Shown one piece after another: positions 13,524 to 23,479 of a stretch of DNA of 64,000 nt. The DNA is from Utricularia gibba (Eukaryota > Plantae > Magnoliophyta): assembly GCA_002189035.1 (NCBI GenBank), contig NEEC01000012.1:1178001-1242000 (forward strand). Direction: 5' to 3'. The notes under the pieces were generated by a model, which did no database searches, was not told where the DNA came from, and worked only from the letters and a program-made list of their open reading frames with translations. Position 1 is the stretch's first letter; every line of letters begins with the position of its first letter. The position numbers and the translations under genes are program-made.

Positions 13524-13967
13524 GCCGTTGCTGGGGAATTGTATTCCTTTGGAATTTCTTTTCTGATCATTTCTTATTTTTCTGTTAGTATTATCAGACC
13601 AAATCGAGGCAAGGAACCTCTCCAAGAAGGGCCCATGGGTGCATTATCAGACCCAGGACGAACCAACAGGGCACTGGAACGTGGTCTAGGAAGTTCCAGG
13701 CATGCAGGTGCAAATGAAAACCGTTTGCAATCAATGCTCGCACAAGGATGGCAAGAAAACAGGGCTTTTGAACCTCAACATCATGACGAACAGAACAGCA
13801 ACCCACGAACTCCAAAGCGAGGAGTGAACTCTTCTCCAAGGTGGGAAGGAGAAGACCGTTGGGGTTACAATGGAGCAAACCGACGTGACAACTAAAATCC
13901 TCATCACGAGCAGAGGTATGAATTTGCAGGAAATCCTGAACGGGAAAATCATGGAAGACAGAGGCAG

Positions 13968-15206
13968 ATGCCTAGGAGGAATGCGCGTGCTGAAGAAACA
14001 TTTAGCGAAGAGGAAGGACCAGAACCAGTATGCAGGGAACCACCTGCGCAAGCGAGGAACCATCGCGCTGGAAGAGACAATGTGATGTTGCAAATGCCCA
14101 CTTATGCGAAATTCTTGAAGGATATTCTGGCCAATCGAAGGAAGATTGAGAATGATGCTATTATTGAATTATCCAAGCAATGCAGCACGGTTATTACACA
14201 GGGACTGATTCAAAAGCATGCAGATCCTGGAATTTTTTCAGTCCCATGTATCATTGGAAGAAGCAATTTTGAGAAGTGCTTATATGATCTAGGGTCAAGT
14301 ATCAGCTTGATGCCTTATTCTTTATTCAAAGCACTAAATCTTGAAGAGTTGAGGACCACGAAAATTCAACTGGTATTTGCTGATAAATCCATGAAGAATC
14401 CTGAAGTAGTAGTAGAAAACGTCCCGGTAAAAATTGGAAAATATTTTGTTCCTTGTGATTTTGTTGTTTTGGATATGACACTTGATGTAGAGGTACCAAT
14501 CACTTTTGGGAGACCCTTTATGGCAACCACAGAAGCCTTAATTGATGTTAGTGTAGGGAAATTGACACTTAGATTCGGAGAAGAAAAACTGGAGTTCAAT
14601 GTTGATCAAGCAATGAGGCGATTTGACTGCGACGAGCTTGCGCAAGGGGAAGCGGAAGATGCTATTACGCAGGAGCATGCGAAAGCAGTTTTTCTGCACG
14701 AAATTCAGGGAGTAAATCTTCTGCAGGATGAAAAAGAAGACACTCCAGATGACACACCAATGATGGCTCGGCTAACAAAGAAGGAACTTGATGCTGGAGG
14801 AAAAATTGAGTTGAAGAAGCTGCCACCATCATTGAGGTACGAATTTCTTGAGGATGATCACACTTACCCCGTGATTCTTAATGCAGGATTGAATGAATAC
14901 CACACCCAAATGCTGCTGGATGTCTTGCGCAAGCATAGACAAGCCATTGGGTACACCTTGAATGATTTGAAAGGGCTTGACCCTCAATTCTGCACCCATC
15001 AGATTTATTTAGAAGCTAAGGCAAGATCAATTGTGCAACCACAAAGGCGGGCAAATCCTATGCTAAAGGAGGTGATTAAAAACGAAATTTTGAAATTGCT
15101 AGATGCTGATATCATCTACTCTATTTCAGACAGCCAATGGGTTAGCCCAGTGCACTGCGTACCAAAGAAAGGAGACCTCATCCCCTTGCGCAAGGTCACT
15201 GGCTGA
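13968..15206 (+). pseudogene. Athila gag remnant, protease and RT start; ends at a TGA replacing the conserved Trp of VTGWR
   Basis: 412-aa ORF. Gag core deleted at ~14083 (jumps to MPTYAKFLKDIL). Same frame as the ORF starting at 15210. Confidence 0.85.
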
Positions 15207-15209
15207 AGG

Positions 15210-16892
15210 ATGTGCATTGACTTTCGGAAACTCAATGATGCCACCAGAAAGGATCATTACCCATTGCCCTTTATTGATCAAATTCTAGAAAGGTTAAGTA
15301 ACCAAGCTTTCTATTGTTACCTTGATGGTTATTCCGGATATTTTCAGATTCCAATCCATCCGGAAGATCAACACAAGACCACATTTACTTGTCCTTTTGT
15401 CACATTTGCATACAAGAGAATGCCATTTGGTTTGTGCAATGCTCCTAGAACTTTTCAACGTTGCATGACAGCCATTTTTTCAGAATATGTGGAGAAGATT
15501 ATGGAGGTATTTATGGATGATATATCTGTTTATGGGGCTAATTTTGATTCATGTTTGCAGAACTTAGGCATCATTTTGGAGAGGTGTATTGAGTGCAACT
15601 TGGTACTCAATTGGGAGAAGTGTCATTTTATGGTTGAAGAAGGCATTGAACAACCAAAGGGCTTCAAAGTGTCAGGTCATGAAGACAAGGTATTGAAGCT
15701 AAAGAAATCTCTCTATGGGTTGAAGCAAGCTCCTAGAGCATGGAATGAACGCATGGATAACTTTCTCCAGGGTATTGGTTTCAGAAAAACATATAGTGAT
15801 TGCTCATTATATGTTAAAGGAAAAGAAGATGATCGTTTATTTATTAGCTTATATGTGGATGATCTTATGATTACCTCAGGTAATGAAAGGAAGATTGAGG
15901 AATTCAAAGCTCTACTCAAAAATGAATTCAAGATGACTGACCTTGGAATGATTTCTTATTATCTAGGCATGGAAATTCATCAACTTGAAGTTGTTGGAAC
16001 ATTCATATCTCAGAAAAAGTACTGTAATGAACTTCTTGAAAGGTTTGGGTTCAAAGATGTCAATCCTTCAAAAACGCCTTTGGATTACAAACAAGTGATT
16101 GGAGAGAACAATCAGGGAAAGAATGTGGATGCCACTACTTATAGAAGTATGATTGGAAGCCTCATTTATCTCCAGCATACAAGGCCTGACTTGTGTTTTT
16201 GTGTAAATGTCTTATCTCGCTTCCTCAACAAACCAACAACAACTCACATGGCAGCTGTGAAAAGAGCTTTCAGGTACATAAAATCTACTACTGATTTCGG
16301 ATTGTTCTATCCCTATGAAAGTGAAAAACCAGTCTTGAAACTTAGAGCCTACTCAGATAGTGATTATTGTATGGCTGAAGATAGCAAGAGCACATCTGGT
16401 GCACTCTTCTTCTTAAATAAGACCCCTATAGTCTGGTTTTCGAAGAAACAAAAAGTGGTAGCACAATCAACAGCTGAAGCAGAATACATCTCAGCAGCAC
16501 ATGCTTCGAACTATTGTGTTTGGTTGAGGCAGATGCTAAACGAACTTGGATTCATACAAAAGGAAGCTACACATCTGCTTATGGATAATCGAGCAGCAAT
16601 CTCCATTGCCAAAGATCCAACGAAATTCAGCAAAGCCAAGCACATAAGAATCAGGTATCATGTCATAAGGAATTACATCAAGGAGAAGAAGATCAAAGTG
16701 CAGTATGTTGAGAGTGGGAATCAGCTTGCTGATGGGCTCACCAAAGGTTTGAACAGAGTTCAGTTTGAGCTAGCAAGGAAGAACATGAATCTCATGACTA
16801 TAGAAGACTTTCTCAAGTTGGGAGATCTCGGTCTGGGGGGAGTGTTGGAGATCAGCCTCAATCCAAAGTTTGAAGGTGATTGGAAGCACTAA
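15210..16892 (+). CDS. Chimeric 560-aa ORF: Gypsy (Athila) RT fused in frame to Copia RT C-terminal part plus RNase H
   Basis: N-terminal part MCIDFRKLN...VFMDD...EKCHFMVEEGI is Gypsy. From 15649, EQPKGF...LYGLKQAPRAW...LYVDD...YSDSDY...EAEY...DNRAAI...QLADGLTK is Copia, nearly identical to 54707-55893. TTG microhomology at 15646-15648. Whether it is expressed is unknown. Confidence 0.8.
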   Translation: MCIDFRKLNDATRKDHYPLPFIDQILERLSNQAFYCYLDGYSGYFQIPIHPEDQHKTTFTCPFVTFAYKRMPFGLCNAPRTFQRCMTAIFSEYVEKIMEVFMDDISVYGANFDSCLQNLGIILERCIECNLVLNWEKCHFMVEEGIEQPKGFKVSGHEDKVLKLKKSLYGLKQAPRAWNERMDNFLQGIGFRKTYSDCSLYVKGKEDDRLFISLYVDDLMITSGNERKIEEFKALLKNEFKMTDLGMISYYLGMEIHQLEVVGTFISQKKYCNELLERFGFKDVNPSKTPLDYKQVIGENNQGKNVDATTYRSMIGSLIYLQHTRPDLCFCVNVLSRFLNKPTTTHMAAVKRAFRYIKSTTDFGLFYPYESEKPVLKLRAYSDSDYCMAEDSKSTSGALFFLNKTPIVWFSKKQKVVAQSTAEAEYISAAHASNYCVWLRQMLNELGFIQKEATHLLMDNRAAISIAKDPTKFSKAKHIRIRYHVIRNYIKEKKIKVQYVESGNQLADGLTKGLNRVQFELARKNMNLMTIEDFLKLGDLGLGGVLEISLNPKFEGDWKH

Positions 16893-17165
16893 TCTTGTGT
16901 CATAATGTTATATTTCAGATTAAAAAGGTGTTGAGTTCGAGCATGGAAGTGTTGGATTCGAGTTGTTGGGCTTTTTGTGTGTTTTCAATAATTGTGGCCC
17001 ACTGTTGGGTAAACTAGGTATTGGGTATATATAAACCCTACTAAGAATGCGTGTCAATAGGGTTTTGGTCATTCTTATTGTTCATGAGTCGTTTTTCATC
17101 CAAGTTGATCTCAGAAGCATTACCTTTTTGTTACTTCCCAAGACTCTCTTTTTGTTGCATCAACA
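15649..17165 (+). mobile_element. 5'-truncated Copia element (RT/RNase H, PPT, 3' LTR 16843-17165) nested in Athila pol
   Basis: PPT GGGGGGAG at 16835-16842. The LTR TGTTGGAGATCAGCC...CATCAACA is ~97% identical by eye to 50868-51191. Athila integrase resumes at 17166. Confidence 0.92.
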
Positions 17166-18055
17166 AACACGCGGATTTTATTTCCAGGAGAGATAAAGGA
17201 CCCATGACATATATCTTGGAGGTGGAAATTTTCGATGTTTGGGGGCTGGATTTTATGGGACCCTTTCCATCTTCCTATGACAACACTCAAATTCTTGTGG
17301 CAGTGGATTTTGTCTCAAAACGGGCAGAAGCTATTGCGGTTCCAGTAACTGATGGAAGAGCTGTAATTAAGCCTTTCAAACAGATCATTCTACCCAGGTT
17401 TGGTGCCCCAAGATACGTCATAAGTGATGGAGGAAAACAGTTCATTGAAAGAGAATTCCGGAAGCTTTTGCGCAAGTATGGAGTGGGACACAGGGCATCA
17501 ACTCCATATCATCCACAAACCTGCGGACAAGTGAAGGTAACTAACAAGGAATTGAAGAGGATTCTGGAGTGTACGGTGGCCAAAACCCGCAAGGATTGGG
17601 CAACCAAAATAAATGATGCTTTATGGGCTAATCGCACAGCGTATAAGACTCCCTTGGGGACCTCCCCTTATCGTTTAGTTTATGGGAAAGCTTGTCACTT
17701 GCCTGTGGAATTAGAGCACAAGGCATATTGGGCTATCAAAGAATTAAATTTGGATGCCAAGGCTGCTGAAGAGCAAAGGATCTTGCAACTCCAAGAGCTG
17801 GACGAGCTAATGATGAGTGCCTACGAAAATGCAAAACTGTACAAGGAACAAACAAAGGCCTGGCATGACAGTCACTTGCGCAAGAAGGACCTGGCAGAAG
17901 GTGACCTAGTTTTGCTATTTAATTCTCGTTTTCGTTTATTTCCAGGAAAGCTCAACTCCAGATGGCGTGGACCGTACACCATCAAGAAAATCTATCCCAG
18001 TGGAGTAGTCCTCATCACTCATCCTGACCATGGAGAATTCACAGTAAATATTTAG
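17166..18055 (+). pseudogene. Athila integrase core and C-terminus, zinc finger lost
   Basis: ISRRD...[18 protein letters not shown]...ISDGGKQF...[17 protein letters not shown]...[13 protein letters not shown]. Confidence 0.9.
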
Positions 18056-20217
18056 AGATTGAACCTGTTTCATTAAGGGGTAAAATCTTCCATGGACACA
18101 TTGCATGTTCTAGTGGACCTCTCTCACCACCCCCACCTTGATGAGAAAGCATCTATGGTTTACTTATTGGCATTACAAAAACAAGTGATTTCCCTTTTTA
18201 ATTATTTTATTTTTGATTTTCTCTTGCATTATTTTTCGTTTCTTCTTTCTCTTCAATAAGCACAGGTGCAATGGATAATTTTGAGGAAAAATTCCACACT
18301 ATTAGATATATCAAAGCACCTGATGAAAGGTAAGTGTTTCTGCCCATCTTGAGGAGAAGATGTCATTTAAGTGTTGGGGGGGGAGGGGGGGGGGGGGATA
18401 GTTTACTTTTTCTTTTTGGTATTATTTTTTCGAGATAGTTACTGTAAATTAGAATTTTGGTATGCATATTGCTATGTTGTTTCTTGGCATGCTATTTACT
18501 TTCTGTCCCTTGCACAAGCTACATAACCCTAGCTTCTTGGTGAGGAGACCATTTTCTTTTCATTATGAGTGACTTGAATGCAGAATAATCATAGACTTGT
18601 TCTTGTGCATACTGCTGAGTTATTCTGCAGGTTTTGTGCAAAAGGATTGAGGCACTAGGATTTGCTTTATTTTATCCCAATATCCCACCTTGAATCCACT
18701 TAGTGAGCCCTGCTTGGCCTGAAACCTTTTATTTGGATCACCACGTTAGAAGCCAAATCCGTTTTGACAATTATAGCCTACATCAATTTCTCTTGACCCA
18801 AGGAATGAGCATCTAAAAAATAGTTATGTTCGTCTGCTTGCGCAAGTTGCTGAACCAGAAGCTCTATTACAAAGAAGAAAAGTTGAGAGCAATTTTCAAT
18901 TCATTGATCAAGTGCTATCTCAACAATTTATGAAGGGATTTTCAATAACATCCTGTCCAAAAGAGAGTTGATCGTTGAAAAAAAAGGAAAAAAAAAGAGA
19001 AAAAGAGAAGAAGAGAGAAAAGAGGCTGAAAGGTTGGAACAGCCACAAAACTGAAAGAGGGGTTTCATGGAGCACGAAAATCAGAGGACAAGCATAACAG
19101 AACTGTTTGATGGTTGCTCACTCTTTATTACCTATGAAATGGAACCTCCAGCTGAATTTCCCACCTGTCCCAAGCTCCTGCCGTGCTACAACCTGAGAAA
19201 AAGACCTCATGATTGCGCAAGCTTGCTGAAACCAGTGGATCACTTGCGCAAGTTTACTGACTCGCCTACATTCAGGTATTGAGCGAACCTTTTTCATTTG
19301 ACCCTCCTCTTATGGATTTCTCTTCTTGAGCGTATTGAGTGACACCTGTGAGGAGTAGCCACGTGCAAGGGGAGCTAGTGTATGGTATGCCATTGAATAA
19401 CTTATGCATATTGTTACCTTAACTCTATTTGCAAGTTACTATTTTGAAGGAAAATACCTTAAACATTTGCTTGAGGACAAGCAAACATTTAAGTGTGGGG
19501 AGTTGATAAGTGATTTTATGTCACTTATATTTATGGTTTTTAGAACTCTCTTAGAAGAGTCCTAAAAACACTTTAGAGTATTGCATTCTTTTTATCCCAC
19601 TTTCTTTATGTTTTTAGAAGAATTTTATATCTTTCATACCACTTTGATCTTTTTGGAGGGAAAGTGTGTTTTGTGATTTTTCAGGATGAATTTGGAATAA
19701 TTTGGAGGATTTTCGAACTACTTTGATGGAGGCTAAGATTTGGTCTATCCGGAGGTGAAGACTCGGTCGAAAATTTTCGGATAAGATAAGATTCGCATCA
19801 TATCTTGGAAAACTTGGATCTCATCCTAGAAGATTTGTATCAAATCTTCAAAGATTCGGATATAAGATTTGGTCCGAGCCCATCAAGAATGCCCGGCAAA
19901 TCCCCACCATTATATAAAGATCCAAACGCGAAGACCTAAGGGAGTCGAAGTGGTGGACAACCAAAGAGTCAATCTAGGGTTTAGAGTCGAGTCTAGCATG
20001 TTTTGGATTCCTTTCCTTTCGTTTTTCATCAACTTTTGTTGTTTAGAGTCAAGCATGCGCGTGTGAGCGTTTACGGCTGAGTATCTACTGTGAAGCCTTG
20101 CTTGCGCAAGTTCTTCGCGTGTGACTGTTTTACTATGTTTTCCAGCGTTTAATTTGAGGTCTGATTCTGTTTTTTGCAACGTTTTCTTTACCAACGTGAT
20201 CTTTAGTACCAACGTTT

Positions 20218-20821
20218 TGATGTGACCCTCTAATCTATAGAGATTAGCAACCCACAAAAAAGAGGTGATTTTGAAGCTTAGAAGAGAACCCACCCAAGTC
20301 TACCCTCAAGAGAATAAATCTCTTGCAACCAAACTTAGAAACAAAGAAAATTAGGAGCCACACTTCAGAAAAGAGAGATTGATTGGAAGTGATAATCCTA
20401 GAACGCCACAAGCTCAAAGCTTGATAAGTTAAGAGTGTTCAAGCACTCAAAGGAGAGGGGAATCCTCACAAGATACATAAAATGACCAAAGATCCTGAAT
20501 TAGTACATCTCTAGAGTATTTATACTCTAGAATTGGGCTCTAACATTACATAGTCCAAACTAAATGAAATAGAAAAGTCTAACAAGCCCAATGCTCTAAG
20601 TTAAGTCCATCTTCAAGTAGTTGAGCTCTTTTGATGGGATGTCTTCAAGCCCATGTTTGATTCCAATGGTATTGAGTAGACCCTTAAATGTATCTTCAAC
20701 CATCTTTGTCTTGCTCCTAGTCATTGGTCCTGGTGGAATCATCTTTCTTTCTAATTTGTTCACTTGAACAAACTCCTCATCATTCTTCAAATACACTTCA
20801 TTATCTTCCTGGGGCTCATCA
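20218..20821 (-). mobile_element. CRM-type LTR (family A, copy 1)
   Basis: 604 bp, TGATGAGCCCC...GGTCACATCA on the minus strand. Encodes the integrase C-terminal CR motif GPMTRSKTK. The same LTR family precedes a PBS and a CRM gag-pol at 46770. Flanks do not form a TSD. Confidence 0.9.
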
Positions 20822-21111
20822 GTGTGTGTAGAGAGGCATAGGGCATGTGTCGTGGGAGCACAAGGTGTGGTAGGGCATGCGTGGGGGAGCGCAGGGCAAT
20901 AGCTGGGAGGCATGGCAGGGCGCGTGCAAAGCATGTAGAGGTCACCCGAGGCAGGGTGAGACATGGCGGGAGCATGTGCATAGCGTGCAATAGGTGCGGC
21001 AAAGTGCCAAGTCTCCATCATCAGAGCTATCAAAAGCCAGTGAATCCAAAGCTTTACAATTGCCTCTGCCATGGTCTCTGTCTATCTTAATGCCCAATCT
21101 CTGATACTGCT

Positions 21112-21600
21112 CTAACCTTCATGTTCATTCATATAAACCTGTGATTGGATTATCATCTTCCCCGCATTGAACCCGGGCACAGCTGAGAATCCAACTCTCT
21201 TCCCTATCATCTTTCCTATGGCGGATTTCGACAAAACATCCTCCATGTACACAGCGGAGAACTCTGTGCCGGTGGACACCTAGAATATCTTCACTGTGGG
21301 GTTGAAAGAGTAGGTCAACTTATGAAGCAGCCATATTGAGGTTGTCATTCTCGCAAAGGACTCATAGAACACAGGCAATGACTTCCATGACTCCAGGACG
21401 TTCCCCTTCCTGTTCAAATAGCTGAAAATTGATTCAACTGTGGGGTGAATGAGTTTCTCATACTTTCTTTCACATGCTCAACTACATGCTTGAGGTAATC
21501 ACTGATCTCAGTAGTAGTCCCATCATTTTCAAAGCTTCCCTTAGACATGGTTCCTCTGTCGGTTAATCCGAAATCACTCCGATCAAATTCTTGGAGCAAT
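21112..21600 (-). pseudogene. GIL1/IRKI (DUF641-family) gene 3' fragment with a frameshift and a premature stop
   Basis: Minus-strand translation across a 1-nt frameshift at ~21436: QEFDRSDFGL...FTPQ/ESIFSYLNRKGNVLESWKSLPVFYESFARMTTSIWLLHKLTYSFNPTVKIF*VSTGTEFSAVYMEDVL...KRVGFSAVPGFNAGKMIIQSQVYM. This matches the GIL1/IRKI C-terminal domain pattern as I recall it. TAG at 21280-21282. Confidence 0.8.
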
Positions 21601-22705
21601 AACGGAGGCAGCAGAAATCAGTATGTTCATAATAAGTTCCTCGTACCAACAAAAAGAAATGGTTAATCATACAAAATGAAGCAATCAATTTTTAATTTAA
21701 TTATTTCATCAATAAGATTCATCTACGCAAAGTAAATTACGAGCTTCGGACCAAAATAATACTATTATTCAATCATTAAATAATTTCAGTAGCATTTTTT
21801 TTGTTTCCCTCGGATACATAAATTCTTTCCTGACACTCTCGTTCTTCGATTTCCAACAGTGATTTCAATTCTTCAGGTCATCTGTTCATTATGTCAATTC
21901 ACGGTCACAACAATAAATAGCTTAATAGTTACTTTTGACTAATTGTTGATTAAAATACACTATAGATTGCAGTTTTTAAAATAATTAAACTTTTGACCAA
22001 TTGTTTATTAAAATACAAATCTCAATCGAATTTTTTATCCTATTTTTTTTATAACTTTTCTCTTCTTTTTTGTTCCAACATTCTAATATTGTTTTTATTC
22101 TTTCATGTTCATTTGCATTCTTGAGGTGTATATCGTCTTGCACCCTACATAGATTACTTGATGCTAAACTAAACTAAAAAAAAAGACTATTTCAATGATA
22201 AGCCACAGCTAAAGTTACAAAAATAAGATTTTGAATCCCACGTAAAAAGGTACTAAAGAAACACGAACAACAGCTACTAATTCATTTGTTAAGATATTCC
22301 CAAAAAATCGAAAATTAACTGATAGTGGTTTCGTAAAATCTTCCAAGATATTAATGGGTAAAAGGATTATGGTTGGTTGAATATATTAACCGAAATGAGG
22401 AAATTGCTCAAAAAATCCTAATATTTAACATTAAACTTGTTAAGTGTCATTTTTTATATTTTAGCATATATTTTTAACTGTTAATTTAGGATTAAATTAC
22501 CTAATTAATAGTTCTAAAAAAAAGACTACAATAGCTTGATCAACTTCTTGTTTAAATTTGAAAATGAATTGAACCATATTACAAATACTCCTCATGTCAT
22601 TAAGGAATTATGGATAGAATTCAAGCAGACATGATGAGTTCATGTATGCCAAACATAATGATAATAAAAATGAAGGAAATAAGATTACTAATCCTCTAAT
22701 AATTA

Positions 22706-23309
22706 TGATGAGCCCCAGGAAGATAATGAAGTGTATTTGAAGAATGATGAGGAGTTTGTTCAAGTGAACAAATTAGAAAGAAAGATGATTCCACCAGGAC
22801 CAATGACTAGGAGCAAGACAAAGATGGTTGAAGATACACTTAAGGGTCTACTCAATACCATTGGAATCAAACATGGGCTTGAAGACATCCCATCAAAAGA
22901 GCTCAACTACTTGAAGATGGACTTAACTTAGAGCATTGGGCTTGTTAGACTTTTCTATTTCATTTAGTTTGGACTATGTAATGTTAGTGCCCAATTCTAG
23001 AGTATAAATACTCTAGAGATGTACTAATTCAGGATCTTTGGTTATTTTATGTATCTTGTGAGGATTCCCCTCTCCTTTGAGTGCTTGAACACTCTTAACT
23101 TATCAAGCTTTGAGCTTGTGGCGTTCTAGGATTATCACTTCCAATCAATCTCTCTTTTCTGAAGTGTGGCTCCTAATTTTCTTTGTTTCGAAGTCTGGTT
23201 GCAAGAGATTTATTCTCTTGAGGGTAGACTTGGGTGGGTTCTCTTCTAAGCTTCAAAATCACCTCTTTTTTGTGGGTTGCTAATCTCTATAGATTAGAGG
23301 GTCACATCA
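22706..23309 (+). mobile_element. CRM-type LTR (family A, copy 2)
   Basis: ~99% identical to the reverse complement of 20218-20821 (about 5 differences seen). Flanks AATTA and CACAC do not match each other. Confidence 0.9.
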
Positions 23310-23479
23310 CACACTAGGCATGTGTTATGCGATACATAAGTGGAACAGTTGATTTCAAAACCACAACCCAAAATCGTGTTCCACTCATATATCGCATAAT
23401 TCTTTTAGCTGTTATCAAATGTGAATAAGTTGGGGACTCCATATATATATATATCTACTAATCACTCTCACTACATAAA

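Larger units (their letters stand above)
11945..20217 (+). mobile_element. Athila-like Ty3/Gypsy element, multiply deleted and carrying nested insertions
   Basis: Partial 5' LTR 11945-12480 matches the 3' LTR 19504-20217. Asp-tRNA PBS remnant GCCGTTGCTGGGGA at 13524. Protease region (LYDLGSSISLMP), RT (YLDGYSG, VFMDD) and integrase ([32 protein letters not shown]). Internal PPT at ~18350-18397 and PPT AAGTGTGGGGAGT at 19491-19503. Confidence 0.9.

Noticed and set aside
20596-21072. 158-aa minus-strand ORF running from a GC-rich flank into the CRM LTR CR-motif frame
   Set aside because: The N-terminal half is low-complexity GC-rich sequence with no recognisable domain. It is best explained as a chance in-frame junction at an LTR boundary.
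22731-22931. 66-aa ORF repeated at 20596-20796 and 45065-45265 as a candidate novel peptide
   Set aside because: It is the known CRM integrase CR-motif tail encoded within the LTR, not an independent gene.
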